A stretch of DNA of 64,000 bases, from IMG/VR virus record IMGVR_UViG_3300026256_000121, positions 10,452 through 74,451 of that record; one strand, given 5' to 3'. This stretch comes from a virus. The stretch's first letter is position 1. The number at the start of each line of letters is the position of its first letter. The translations under genes were made by a program, and so were the position numbers. A model generated the notes under the pieces. That model was not told where the DNA came from. It searched no databases and saw only the letters and a program-made list of their open reading frames with translations. Positions 36,802-46,223 of the stretch are shown here, piece by piece.

Positions 36802-39048
36802 TCAATGGACGGTTGCTTTCACGTCCTTGGTATTAGTATTTAAGACAAATTCTTCGTCTTTTACATCAATTGTTACAATTCCGCCTGCTTTTAATTCACC
36901 GAATAATAATAGTCTAGATAAAGGACGTTTAATGTCGTTATCAATAACACGTTGTAAAGGTCTTGCACCCATTTTCTTATTAAACCCTTTATCTACTAAT
37001 ACATCAATAGCTTCGTCGGAAATAGTAATGTCAACATTTTTATCAGTTAACATTTTCTTTAACTCTACTAAAAACTTACCAACTATTTTTATCATAGTAT
37101 TTTTATCTAGTTTATCAAAAGTTATAACACCATCTAATCTATTTCTAAATTCTGGCGGAAAAAATTTCTTAAGTTCAGTATCTTCAAATTCGCCTTCGTC
37201 ATTTCCAAAGCCAATTAATGACCTTTCTGATTCTGCGGCTCCTAAGTTAGTTGTTAGAATTAAAACAATATTTCTACAATCAGCAGTTTTACCATTACTA
37301 CCTGTTATAAATCCATTGTCCATTATTTGCAATAGTAACGAGCTAACATCTGGATGTGATTTTTCAATTTCGTCTAGTAGTAAAACACAATTAGGAGTTT
37401 CCTGTAATGCAGTTATAAGCATTCCAGCATTTTCTTCAAATCCTACGTATCCTGGAGGCGAACCAATTAGTTTAGAAACAGAGTGCTTCTCTTGATACTC
37501 TGACATGTCAAATCTAATAAGTTTTACACCAAGTTGTTTAGCAAGTTGTCTTGCAGTTTCTGTTTTACCTATGCCTGTTGGACCCATAAACACAAAAGAA
37601 CCAATTGGTTTACGTTCTTCTTTAAGTCCTGCTTGTGCAACTAGTATTTTATCAACTACGTTTGTAATAGCATCATCTTGACCATAAATTTCACCTTTAA
37701 GGTTCTTTTCTAAATTAGCAAGATTACTAGTTTCTTTTTCCTTAATTTGTTCTTCAGGAAGATTAACCATTTTTGCTAATTCAAATTGAATTTCTTCTTC
37801 ATTTATAACTCTATCTTCAGGATCGTTAAGGTTAAACCTAGAACAAGCACAATCAAGTAAGTCAATAGCTTTATCAGGTAATTTTTTATCTGTTTGGTAC
37901 TTAACACTTAATTTAATAGCCGCATCAACAGCCTCTTCTGTAATAGTAGTATTGTGAAATTCTTCATAGTATTTCTTAATGCCAAGTAAAATATCTTTTG
38001 CAACTTCTTTGCTAGGTTCATCGATTGTAACTCTAGCAAACCTACGCATTAATGCTCTGTCATTTTCAAAATATTTACGGTATTCTTCCCATGTAGTAGA
38101 TGCAACTACTTTAATATTGCCTTTAGTTAATATAGGTTTTAGCATATTTGCAAGATCGTTTGAACTACTACTACCTGCCGCACCTGCTCCGCTTATCATA
38201 TGTGCTTCGTCGATAAACATAATAGTCTTTCCACGTTTCTTTAATGCAGATATTACAAGTTTAAATCGTTCTTCAAAATCACCTCTATACTTACTACCAG
38301 CTAACATAGATCCTATGTCTAAGTTATAAACATTATACTCTTGTAGGAACTTTGGACATTCTTTCTTGACAATTTTCCAAGCAAGTCCTTCTGCAATAGC
38401 AGTTTTACCTACACCAGGATCACCTACAAGTAAACAATTATTTTTAGTTCTACGTCCAAGGGCTAATGCAATAGTATCCAACTCATCACGTCTACCAACT
38501 ACAGGATCAATTTTTCCTGAGTCAACTTCTTGATTTAAATTAGTAGTAAATGAACGTAATGCCCTACTAGCCAGGCCTTGTGTTTCTTCATCTTCATATG
38601 TTGCTTCTAGTTCATTATTTAAATAATCTGAAAATTTAGTTTTGTCGATATTTGCTTTAGAAATATGAAAATATGCCCAAGTTTTTTGTTCATTCATCAT
38701 ACTAAGGAATACATCTGCTATTTCAATTAATTGACGTCCACTAAACAGTACCTGAGTAAATGCTCTATTAAGAACACGTTCAACAGCGTGTGTTTTTTTA
38801 GGTTTGTATTTTTTACCTTGGACTTCAACAGTTTCAATTGATGTTAAATTATTTTTTAGATAATGCTCAATATTCTTTTTAATTAGTTCATGATCAGTGC
38901 CAAATCCTTCTAAGATTTTTGAGAAACTTTCTTCACAAAGCATAGCAAAGAGTAAATGCTCTATAGTTACATACTCGTGTTTTAGCTTTTTCGAAACCTC
39001 AACAGCCTTATCAAAAACTAATTGTAATTTTTCGCTTGGTTCAACCAT
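36802..39048 (-). CDS. clpA: ClpA-type AAA+ chaperone
   Basis: Clp N-domain; two AAA modules (GDPGVGKT, GPTGIGKT); LIGF ClpP-docking loop; GARPL. Confidence 0.93.
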   Translation of the reverse strand: MVEPSEKLQLVFDKAVEVSKKLKHEYVTIEHLLFAMLCEESFSKILEGFGTDHELIKKNIEHYLKNNLTSIETVEVQGKKYKPKKTHAVERVLNRAFTQVLFSGRQLIEIADVFLSMMNEQKTWAYFHISKANIDKTKFSDYLNNELEATYEDEETQGLASRALRSFTTNLNQEVDSGKIDPVVGRRDELDTIALALGRRTKNNCLLVGDPGVGKTAIAEGLAWKIVKKECPKFLQEYNVYNLDIGSMLAGSKYRGDFEERFKLVISALKKRGKTIMFIDEAHMISGAGAAGSSSSNDLANMLKPILTKGNIKVVASTTWEEYRKYFENDRALMRRFARVTIDEPSKEVAKDILLGIKKYYEEFHNTTITEEAVDAAIKLSVKYQTDKKLPDKAIDLLDCACSRFNLNDPEDRVINEEEIQFELAKMVNLPEEQIKEKETSNLANLEKNLKGEIYGQDDAITNVVDKILVAQAGLKEERKPIGSFVFMGPTGIGKTETARQLAKQLGVKLIRFDMSEYQEKHSVSKLIGSPPGYVGFEENAGMLITALQETPNCVLLLDEIEKSHPDVSSLLLQIMDNGFITGSNGKTADCRNIVLILTTNLGAAESERSLIGFGNDEGEFEDTELKKFFPPEFRNRLDGVITFDKLDKNTMIKIVGKFLVELKKMLTDKNVDITISDEAIDVLVDKGFNKKMGARPLQRVIDNDIKRPLSRLLLFGELKAGGIVTIDVKDEEFVLNTNTKDVKATVH

Positions 39049-39584
39049 TAAATGACCCTTCTTTTATGTAATTGATCGTATTTTTTTATATACTTGCTTC
39101 TTTTCTTTCTAGCCATTTCTAGTCTAAGTTTACTTACTCTATCAATAAAATTAATTCCGTATAGGTGATCGTATTCATGCCCAAAGATTCTAGCATTCCA
39201 ACCTGTTAACTCTATTGTACACTCTTTTCCTGCAATGTCAAGACAGTCTACAACCAATCCGTATGGTCTTTTTACTTTTATATATAAAAAAGGAAAACTT
39301 AAACATCCTTCTTCGCCTATAAGTGTTTCTTGTGATACATGAGTAATTTTAGGATTAATTATAGCAAATCCTTTATTATCTTCATATCCTTTTAAGTCTG
39401 TAGGCTTTATAACAAATATTTGTGCATCAAGTTCTACTTGATTAGCCGATAATCCAATACCTTGCTCTTTATCCATGATTTCTACCATTTCCTTTTCAAT
39501 AGAAGGTGCATCATGTTCATCAAAATTAAAAGGCTTTACAGTTTTTTCTAACCAATCATTTGGTGCGTGAATTAATTTCATCAT
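39048..39584 (-). CDS. def: Peptide deformylase
   Basis: GIGLSANQ, EGCLS, HEYDH motifs. Confidence 0.95.
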   Translation of the reverse strand: MMKLIHAPNDWLEKTVKPFNFDEHDAPSIEKEMVEIMDKEQGIGLSANQVELDAQIFVIKPTDLKGYEDNKGFAIINPKITHVSQETLIGEEGCLSFPFLYIKVKRPYGLVVDCLDIAGKECTIELTGWNARIFGHEYDHLYGINFIDRVSKLRLEMARKKRSKYIKKYDQLHKRRVI

Positions 39585-40452
39585 TTATTTTTCTTATTTT
39601 TTCTCTTATTATTTCGTTATCAACTTTTGGTGTTACAGCATTAATTTTAATAAAAAGTGCGCCGGTTTGCCCACTCCTGTGATCTGGCAATCCTTGTTCG
39701 TGTATACTAAAAGTTGTTCCTGCATTTGCTCCTGCTGGTACTGTTACATTTAAAGTTTTACCATGAATAGTATCAATTGTTATATTAGTACCTAAGATAA
39801 GATCTAGTACACTAACATTTTTATTTACATATAAATTAATTCCATCTACATCATATATGGCATGTTTTCTTACACGTATTTTAACATGAAGATCCCCCGG
39901 TTGTCTACCTGGAGCATACTCATTTGCACCCATTCCGGGAAAATTTACTATGTCACCGTTTCTAATACCTCGAGGTATATCAATATTAACTGTTTGTTCT
40001 GAACCGTTAGCTGTTCTAAATGTTGCAATTAAACTTTTACCATTTACAATATCTTCTAACTCAAGATCTGCGGCTATTGTTATATTTTGATTTCGTTGAT
40101 GTGCTCGTTGGCCAGGACCAAAGCCGTTTCCAAAAAATGGTTCACCTTGTCCAAAGAAAGAATTAAATATATCTTCTACATTTATATTTCCGTTAGGGCC
40201 TCTAGTATGAAAATGATATTCTTGCTGGCGAGGACGATGTTGATGTGGATGTGGATCAGTACTACCAAATTGATCATACATCTGCTTTTTTTGAGGGTCT
40301 TTTAATGTATCGTATGCTTCGTTGATTTTTTTAAATTGTTCTTCTGACCCGCCACGATCGGGGTGATGAGTCATTGCTTTCTTTTTAAAAGCTTCTTTTA
40401 AATCACTTTTACTTGCGTTACGGTTAACACCTAGTATGTCGTAGAAATTCAT
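39556..40452 (-). CDS. dnaJ: DnaJ class B chaperone (CbpA-like, no zinc finger)
   Basis: J-domain with HPD, G/F region, C-terminal GDL substrate-binding domains. Confidence 0.93.
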   Translation of the reverse strand: MNFYDILGVNRNASKSDLKEAFKKKAMTHHPDRGGSEEQFKKINEAYDTLKDPQKKQMYDQFGSTDPHPHQHRPRQQEYHFHTRGPNGNINVEDIFNSFFGQGEPFFGNGFGPGQRAHQRNQNITIAADLELEDIVNGKSLIATFRTANGSEQTVNIDIPRGIRNGDIVNFPGMGANEYAPGRQPGDLHVKIRVRKHAIYDVDGINLYVNKNVSVLDLILGTNITIDTIHGKTLNVTVPAGANAGTTFSIHEQGLPDHRSGQTGALFIKINAVTPKVDNEIIREKIRKINDEINSRTK

Positions 40453-40479
40453 ACTATTACTTATCGTGTATTAAGATGA

Positions 40480-40812
40480 TTACTTAGTCTTACTGGATCC
40501 TGTATACAAACCAAACCAAGCCGCGCCGGCACCAACTACAATAGAAATTAAACCTGATTGTTCCATAGTAGGTTTTGGTAAAGCTAGATACCAATGCACA
40601 CATTGATACAATAATATAATATAAGTTGTAATAAAAATACGTGGAAAGATTCTCCACTGGTCAAATGCTTTTGCTAAATGAATCCATCGTTGATAAGGAT
40701 TAGGTCCTATGTCTTTAAGTTGTGAATCAACTTCAAGTTCAACTACTACTTTTTTACTTGTAGTTGTCTTGTCAGCTGGTACAGGTATCTTGTCTACTTT
40801 AGGATTACTCAC
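40480..40812 (-). CDS. Putative holin (two transmembrane segments)
   Basis: WRIFPR...AWFGLY; downstream of endolysin and spanins. Confidence 0.5.
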   Translation of the reverse strand: MSNPKVDKIPVPADKTTTSKKVVVELEVDSQLKDIGPNPYQRWIHLAKAFDQWRIFPRIFITTYIILLYQCVHWYLALPKPTMEQSGLISIVVGAGAAWFGLYTGSSKTK

Positions 40813-41216
40813 TTCTTTCCTCCATTCTTAAGTTTGTGTATCTCTTCACGATTCTTGTGAATCGAACTTGTATTTTGATGTGGAGTCGAATCAAAAATTA
40901 CTTTTTCTAATTTAAGAAACGGTATTCTATCATTAGGTACGTAACGCCATATATAATCACCGTCCCATTCACCGCCTTTTTTAGTAATTCCAAAAACAGT
41001 TTCTGTCATTCCAATTTTAACAATAAGAGCTCTCTCACCGTCAAGTACAACTTTATCACCTTCTCTAAATTGAGGGTTATATTTAAATGCTATACCTTTA
41101 GCAAGTTTAGTTGCTACATCTTTAAACCATATTGCTATCATGATAGAGATTAAAACGCCTATCCACGGCATCAATACATCTGTCAGCTGTATGGACAGGT
41201 CACTTAATTCGTTCAT
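40809..41216 (-). CDS. Minimal MscS-like membrane protein
   Basis: One TM helix, then FREGDKVVLDG...IVKIG...YVPN MscS beta-domain pattern. Confidence 0.55.
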   Translation of the reverse strand: MNELSDLSIQLTDVLMPWIGVLISIMIAIWFKDVATKLAKGIAFKYNPQFREGDKVVLDGERALIVKIGMTETVFGITKKGGEWDGDYIWRYVPNDRIPFLKLEKVIFDSTPHQNTSSIHKNREEIHKLKNGGKK

Positions 41217-41465
41217 CTATTTTCTCTTTTCAAGTTTGCTAAGACGGCCTTCTAAATCCTTTAGCTTTTCTTGTAGTTTTGGAAACTTTACCATCTGTTT
41301 TTCTTCGTCTGTGATTAATTTAATATCATAGCGTTTAGCGGCCCAAGTATATAATTTATCTACTTTATTGTAGAACCAAACTCCTACTTTAGTGTCACGG
41401 AACCAACTTTCGGTTGCCGCACCAATAATACTACCAGCTATTGCTTTTATTAAAAAGAACCACAT
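41217..41465 (-). CDS. Small protein with hydrophobic N-terminus
   Basis: 82 aa; AGGAG SD; TAAATA at 41491-41496. Confidence 0.65.
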   Translation of the reverse strand: MWFFLIKAIAGSIIGAATESWFRDTKVGVWFYNKVDKLYTWAAKRYDIKLITDEEKQMVKFPKLQEKLKDLEGRLSKLEKRK

Positions 41466-41538
41466 ATAATCTCCTTGTTATATACTACTATATTTATCAG
41501 GAGATATGGATTTAAAACGGAGTGTCTATTTAGGTGGG

Positions 41539-41907
41539 TTATTCTTTAGGTAATTGTTCGTCTTTTTCGTAGTAATCTTGATATTTTTTAATAATTTCGC
41601 GTTGTTTAATAATATATGCTCTAATTTGTGCGAAGTTTTTTGTAAGTGATTCATACCCTTCATCAGTTAGACCGAAAACGACAGGATCATCTCCGCCTTT
41701 TTTAATCTTATCTAATACTTCCTCAGCATTATCAGAATTAACAATATACCATTTTAGTTCTTCTACTTTAAGTGGTTCTGGAAGAGTTAACGCTAACGGT
41801 TCACGTTTAACTTCAGTTTTAAAAATATCTAATTTTTGTACACTACTACAGCCGTTTAAAAATACAGCTACTAAAATAACGAGTAAAAAGTTTTTAATGT
41901 TTAACAT
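41539..41907 (-). CDS. Lipoprotein, putative o-spanin
   Basis: Signal peptide with FLNGC lipobox; follows i-spanin-like gene. Confidence 0.7.
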   Translation of the reverse strand: MLNIKNFLLVILVAVFLNGCSSVQKLDIFKTEVKREPLALTLPEPLKVEELKWYIVNSDNAEEVLDKIKKGGDDPVVFGLTDEGYESLTKNFAQIRAYIIKQREIIKKYQDYYEKDEQLPKE

Positions 41908-41916
41908 AATTTTTTC

Positions 41917-42411
41917 CTATTGATATGGCACATAATTTGGATTCGCTATAGATGGACAATCCGGATTAATTTGTGACTTTTTAGTTGCCGCAATTTCCTT
42001 CTCTGTTAGCGGAGATCCAGTAGCAATTTCAATGCATCTGTTAGCATTAGTATTAAGTTTGTTTATAGTTTTATCTACTAATTTAGGCTTTTGTTCTGCA
42101 AGGTTACCAAGATCACGTTTTTTACCTGATGCATTTAATTTATTAAATCTATCATTTAATGCTAATTTTTCTTTAGTAAGTTGTTGATTAGTGTGTTCTA
42201 GTTCTGCCTTAATTTTATTAATAGCTTCCCAATCAGCTTTCATTTGGGCAATTACGGCTTTTTGTGAATCAACACTTTCTATTAGTTTTGAATTATTTGC
42301 TTCACTTACTTCTAAGTCAGCTTTAAGTGTTTTTACATACATAAATCCACCTCCAGCACCAGCTAAAAGCATTAATACTAATACTACTTTAATACCGCTA
42401 ATTATTCCCAT
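41917..42411 (-). CDS. Putative i-spanin
   Basis: N-terminal TM, long coiled coil, two C-terminal Cys. Confidence 0.7.
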   Translation of the reverse strand: MGIISGIKVVLVLMLLAGAGGGFMYVKTLKADLEVSEANNSKLIESVDSQKAVIAQMKADWEAINKIKAELEHTNQQLTKEKLALNDRFNKLNASGKKRDLGNLAEQKPKLVDKTINKLNTNANRCIEIATGSPLTEKEIAATKKSQINPDCPSIANPNYVPYQ

Positions 42412-42640
42412 TTACCTTCTCCACAAGATCATAAAGATCCTGGACTGTATTAACATCGCCTACAATATTTTCATCTATCTTAATTGAAAGTTTTTCTTCA
42501 ATAGCTGTAATAAGTTCAATATAGTCAAAGTCATCACCGTCTAAATCATCAATGATATGACTAGTAGCTTCTATGTTTTTATCAGCCCCATATTGTGCAT
42601 GAAGTACTTCTAAAATTGCTTTTTGGTTATCTATGTTCAC
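42398..42640 (-). CDS. Acyl carrier protein homologue lacking the phosphopantetheine Ser
   Basis: DDLDGDDFDYIELITAIEE...I...TVQD aligns by eye to ACP DLGADSLDTVELVMALEE; GTG start, GGAG SD. Confidence 0.75.
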   Translation of the reverse strand: MNIDNQKAILEVLHAQYGADKNIEATSHIIDDLDGDDFDYIELITAIEEKLSIKIDENIVGDVNTVQDLYDLVEKVNGNN

Positions 42641-42801
42641 TGGCTTCTCCGATTGTTGTTTGTAATAAGACTGCATTTTGTACAAATACATGTTTTACAA
42701 ATTTCTATTTCTACAGGAAGATTATCTCCGTCCTGCATTGTTTTTCTTAATGGCGTCCCGCAATGGCTATCATGTCCACAATTTTTACAACCTACTGTCA
42801 T
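42637..42801 (-). CDS. 54-aa Cys/His zinc-binding protein (not in ORF track)
   Basis: MTVGCKNCGHDSHCG...CKTCICTKC...; ATGA and GTGA coupling to both neighbours. Confidence 0.7.
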   Translation of the reverse strand: MTVGCKNCGHDSHCGTPLRKTMQDGDNLPVEIEICKTCICTKCSLITNNNRRSQ

Positions 42802-43307
42802 ATTAGTTTATTAGCAGATTGTGTTGTTTCAGTAACCCTACGAGTCCATCCTCTCCCAAATGTTGCAAATGTTGTTAGTTTTTCATAGTATCCTTGTCTT
42901 GCTTCTTGATAGTTATGAATTGTTTTTTCTAATCCAACTTCTTCAACATAATTCGCTACAGCTTTTAACGTATTTGGCCCAATGCCTCCGTCAGCAGTTG
43001 TACCTATCATTGTTTGTAAATACTTTGCCGCTCTACCAGGCCCAGCATTAACGCCAAAGTCAAATACACATAAATCTAAGCCATTTGGTAAATCATCACA
43101 TTTAAGTCTACCCCAATAATTCTTTTCATATATTGGTGCAACATCTTCAACTGTTAGGTCTTTCATATCCTTTGTACCACCCCATTCTTCGTATACTCTT
43201 TTCGTTACACCAAGATTAGTTTCGCCACCGGGGTCTTTAGGATGATTCACATATCCGCCTTCATGATGTAAAATCACCTCTAGTGCATGTTTATAATTTG
43301 TTTGCAT
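42798..43307 (-). CDS. Endolysin, GH108 with peptidoglycan-binding domain
   Basis: HEGGYVNHPKDPGGETNLGVT, FDFGVNAG, DGGIGPNT, FGRGWTRR motifs. Confidence 0.93.
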   Translation of the reverse strand: MQTNYKHALEVILHHEGGYVNHPKDPGGETNLGVTKRVYEEWGGTKDMKDLTVEDVAPIYEKNYWGRLKCDDLPNGLDLCVFDFGVNAGPGRAAKYLQTMIGTTADGGIGPNTLKAVANYVEEVGLEKTIHNYQEARQGYYEKLTTFATFGRGWTRRVTETTQSANKLI

Positions 43308-43319
43308 GTTTAATCCTTG

Positions 43320-44030
43320 TTACTTTGTTAATACTAATGTATATCCTGTATTCTCAATGAGGTATTTCTCACCGTATTTGGCAATATCATAATCGCCCAA
43401 ATATTTAGTAAGGAATATAATTTCTGCAAAAGAATTGGCATCAAAAGACTCTGTCATATTAGTCTGGATGTCTTTAGATTTACCAAATTCTTTAATTTTA
43501 AATTTTAATGGTTCAGCATATGATTTTCTAAATTTAATATTGTCTTGTAATACTTCAACTGAATCCACATAACTGCGGTTAAAGAAATTTTTATAGTTAT
43601 TTAAACTGTTCTCGTTTACATTAATTTCATATGCCATTGTATCTAAAGGAATAATTTCTGATAATGTTTCTGTGTCAGCATCTTGACTATCAAAACTCTT
43701 ATAATATCTAAATCTAAGTTTATCAATATCAGCTAATTTTTTTACACCATCAATTATTTCCATAATTTGTTCTGGAACATCTTTATTACGTTCAATCTCA
43801 ACAAATACTTTATATGTACCGTCTGGTTGTTCTCCTGATGTTACATCAGAATCTAATACAAAATTATAACCTTTTTCTAAAAAGTTCATTAAGTCTATTG
43901 CTGGTTCTTGCGACTTGACTGAAAAACTTAAAGTTACAATATCTTTATCTTCACCCATTTTTGATTTAAATGAATCAATTTCAAAAATATCATAAACTAA
44001 ATTTTTTAAATCGTGTGCTTGTAAACCCAT
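43320..44030 (-). CDS. Hypothetical phage protein
   Basis: 236 aa ORF. Confidence 0.65.
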   Translation of the reverse strand: MGLQAHDLKNLVYDIFEIDSFKSKMGEDKDIVTLSFSVKSQEPAIDLMNFLEKGYNFVLDSDVTSGEQPDGTYKVFVEIERNKDVPEQIMEIIDGVKKLADIDKLRFRYYKSFDSQDADTETLSEIIPLDTMAYEINVNENSLNNYKNFFNRSYVDSVEVLQDNIKFRKSYAEPLKFKIKEFGKSKDIQTNMTESFDANSFAEIIFLTKYLGDYDIAKYGEKYLIENTGYTLVLTK

Positions 44031-44593
44031 TATACTTCACCCTCGACTGGTGCTGGTGCCGCCGCACCGGTTTCTTCTGCACCTGTTGGCGCCGCCGCTA
44101 CTTCTTCACCCGGTTGTACTTCGCCATCAACGGCTGTCCCGGCATCCACAGCTGGATCTGTAACAAAGTCTAATGCTTCTTTATAACCGCTATAGATGTT
44201 TATAATTAATTCTTTTGGCATTTGAATTTTAACTACCCAAACAGGATGTCTATCCAATTTACCTTTTTTAGTACCAGGACGTATATCACCTGGTTCTTGA
44301 ATTTTACGAGGTTTAAGTATGCTAGTTTTTTCATAACTTACTTTACAGTCATAATCCATAAGTCTTTTACCACCCATTGGATCAGGCATTTTGTCTTTAT
44401 CCCACATAAATTCGCAAACTACCCAATGTTTTTCAATATTAGGTCCTGAAGCTAATTCGCCATCTTCCCAGTTATCGTAAACATAGATATCTAATTCGTC
44501 AAGTACTCGTTCAAAGTCTTTAAGAACGCTAAAAGCGGTATCGCTTTCATATATACTTTCTAGGTTTTTTACAATGTCCATCACGTCATGCAT
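44030..44593 (-). CDS. Hypothetical phage protein
   Basis: Start at MHDVMD after AGGAG SD; DFERVLDELDIYVYDNW and MPDPMGG motifs. Confidence 0.65.
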   Translation of the reverse strand: MHDVMDIVKNLESIYESDTAFSVLKDFERVLDELDIYVYDNWEDGELASGPNIEKHWVVCEFMWDKDKMPDPMGGKRLMDYDCKVSYEKTSILKPRKIQEPGDIRPGTKKGKLDRHPVWVVKIQMPKELIINIYSGYKEALDFVTDPAVDAGTAVDGEVQPGEEVAAAPTGAEETGAAAPAPVEGEV

Positions 44594-44620
44594 ATTAGAA
44601 GCTCCTGTACACTTATTTAG

Positions 44621-44711
44621 CTGAGTTGTGTCCATATAGTAGCAGTTTTGTTTCTCGATTCATGTGCTAAATATTTTAGTAAAGGTACAACTGAGTTGTG
44701 TCTAAGCTCAG
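44621..44711. repeat. 12-bp direct repeat CTGAGTTGTGTC in the divergent promoter region
   Basis: Copies at 44621-44632 and 44691-44702; the second begins a CTGAGTT/AGCTCAG hairpin. Confidence 0.7.
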
Positions 44712-44752
44712 AAGTGTGCTTTATGCGAATTCCACTCATAAAGGAGGACTGC

Positions 44753-45463
44753 ATGAGTAATAAACGTCAAAAACGGCACTATCAAAGTGCTAGTAATATT
44801 ATTAACTTTCAACCACAGAATAACAACATTAAAATACTACCTAGAAATAAAAATCAAGAATCATACATGCTAAAACTAATGGATCCTAAGAAAGACATAG
44901 TCTTCGGAATAGGCCCTGCAGGAACCGGAAAAACGCTTCTAGCTGTTCAGGTGGCTGTAAAATTATTTCAAGAAGGTGTTGTAGATAAGATTGTGGTTAC
45001 TAGACCAGCAGTAAGTGTTGATGAAGATTTAGGCTTTTTACCAGGAACATTAGAACAAAAAATGGCTCCTTGGACTATGCCTATATTTGATGTATTTCGA
45101 GAAAGTTATAATACAAGCCAAATTTCAGGCATGATTAACGAAAGTATAATTGAAATTGCACCATTGGCGTATATGAGAGGCCGAACGTTTAAAAAGGCTT
45201 TTATAATTGCAGATGAGATGCAAAATGCTACAGTTAGTCAAATGAAAATGCTATTAACACGTTTAGGATTAAAATCACAAATGGCTGTTACAGGCGATCT
45301 ACACCAAGCAGATAGATTAGCAAGTAATGGGTTATTAGATTTTATCAAACAGCTTGAAGGCTATAGACAAACTACACATCTTGATGTTGTAAGATTTCAT
45401 CAAGGTGATATTGAACGCCACAATGCTGTGCGTGAAGTATTACAAGTTTATGGAGATGAATAA
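44753..45463 (+). CDS. phoH: PhoH-family ATPase
   Basis: GPAGTGKT, TRPAV, LGFLPG, AYMRGRT, DEMQN motifs; AGGAGG SD before ATG 44753. Confidence 0.95.
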   Translation: MSNKRQKRHYQSASNIINFQPQNNNIKILPRNKNQESYMLKLMDPKKDIVFGIGPAGTGKTLLAVQVAVKLFQEGVVDKIVVTRPAVSVDEDLGFLPGTLEQKMAPWTMPIFDVFRESYNTSQISGMINESIIEIAPLAYMRGRTFKKAFIIADEMQNATVSQMKMLLTRLGLKSQMAVTGDLHQADRLASNGLLDFIKQLEGYRQTTHLDVVRFHQGDIERHNAVREVLQVYGDE

Positions 45464-45473
45464 AAAGACTTAA

Positions 45474-46223
45474 TTAATCAGTATCGCCTGGCAAATCTAA
45501 ATCGTGTGCTTCTACGACATAGTTTTTCTTTTCGTGTTGCCAACGTTTCCAACCGGAAAATATAAGATTTCTTAGGCCTATAATAGAATTATGTCTATCG
45601 ACTGTAGCAGGACGCATATCACCAGTCCGAGCAACAATTTTTTCTCGTTTAATAGGAATTACTTGTACTAACGGGTCACCTAGTTTAATACTAGTATGTT
45701 TAATTTCTTTTAACATAATATTAACTGGACTCATTAGAGCACCTAAGTCATGATCTATGATACCAGGGACGGCATCATAGTTTCTATCTTCAAAGTACCA
45801 CATAGGTTGATAAATTAAACTCCAACCATCAGGTGCATACATTTTCCAAGGGTTATCTAATTTAATTGGTGACCGTACTTTATATTGTGGTATAAAATTA
45901 GGGTTAAGTTGGTCTGGTGGATGAAACGCATGATTATATGTGGGATCAGAATAACGTACATCAGTAGCCATTCCGTCCTCTGTAGGATGAATTTCTATAT
46001 CACACCAAGCAGGAATTACATAGCCTAATGCCATAAAATCTCCTACGCCAGGACAGGCTTTTACAGTTTTCTCACTATCAAGTGGAAATGGACATTTTTT
46101 TGTATAGACTTCTGTTTGTGTCCATGATTTAGGAATAAATTCTTTAGCTGGGCGTATAGGAGCATGTTTGCGTACAGCCCATCGTTCAGTTTCAAAGTAT
46201 ATATGTGTTTTTACTTTTTTCAT
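45474..46223 (-). CDS. Hypothetical protein, trimeric dUTPase-like fold possible
   Basis: KACPG...GYVIPAW, PGIID, GDPLVQVIP; start MKKVK after GGAGG. Confidence 0.6.
   Translation of the reverse strand: MKKVKTHIYFETERWAVRKHAPIRPAKEFIPKSWTQTEVYTKKCPFPLDSEKTVKACPGVGDFMALGYVIPAWCDIEIHPTEDGMATDVRYSDPTYNHAFHPPDQLNPNFIPQYKVRSPIKLDNPWKMYAPDGWSLIYQPMWYFEDRNYDAVPGIIDHDLGALMSPVNIMLKEIKHTSIKLGDPLVQVIPIKREKIVARTGDMRPATVDRHNSIIGLRNLIFSGWKRWQHEKKNYVVEAHDLDLPGDTD

Noticed and set aside
36776-37495. 239-aa plus-strand ORF
   Set aside because: Antisense shadow of clpA with the Ser/Ile/Phe-rich composition typical of reverse frames.
42641-42691. N-terminal extension of the ACP-like ORF
   Set aside because: This stretch belongs to the coupled Zn-finger ORF; GTG at 42640 has an SD and gives ACP length.
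44648-44752. N-terminal extension of PhoH given by the ORF track
   Set aside because: A strong AGGAGG precedes ATG 44753; the extension overlaps the promoter region.
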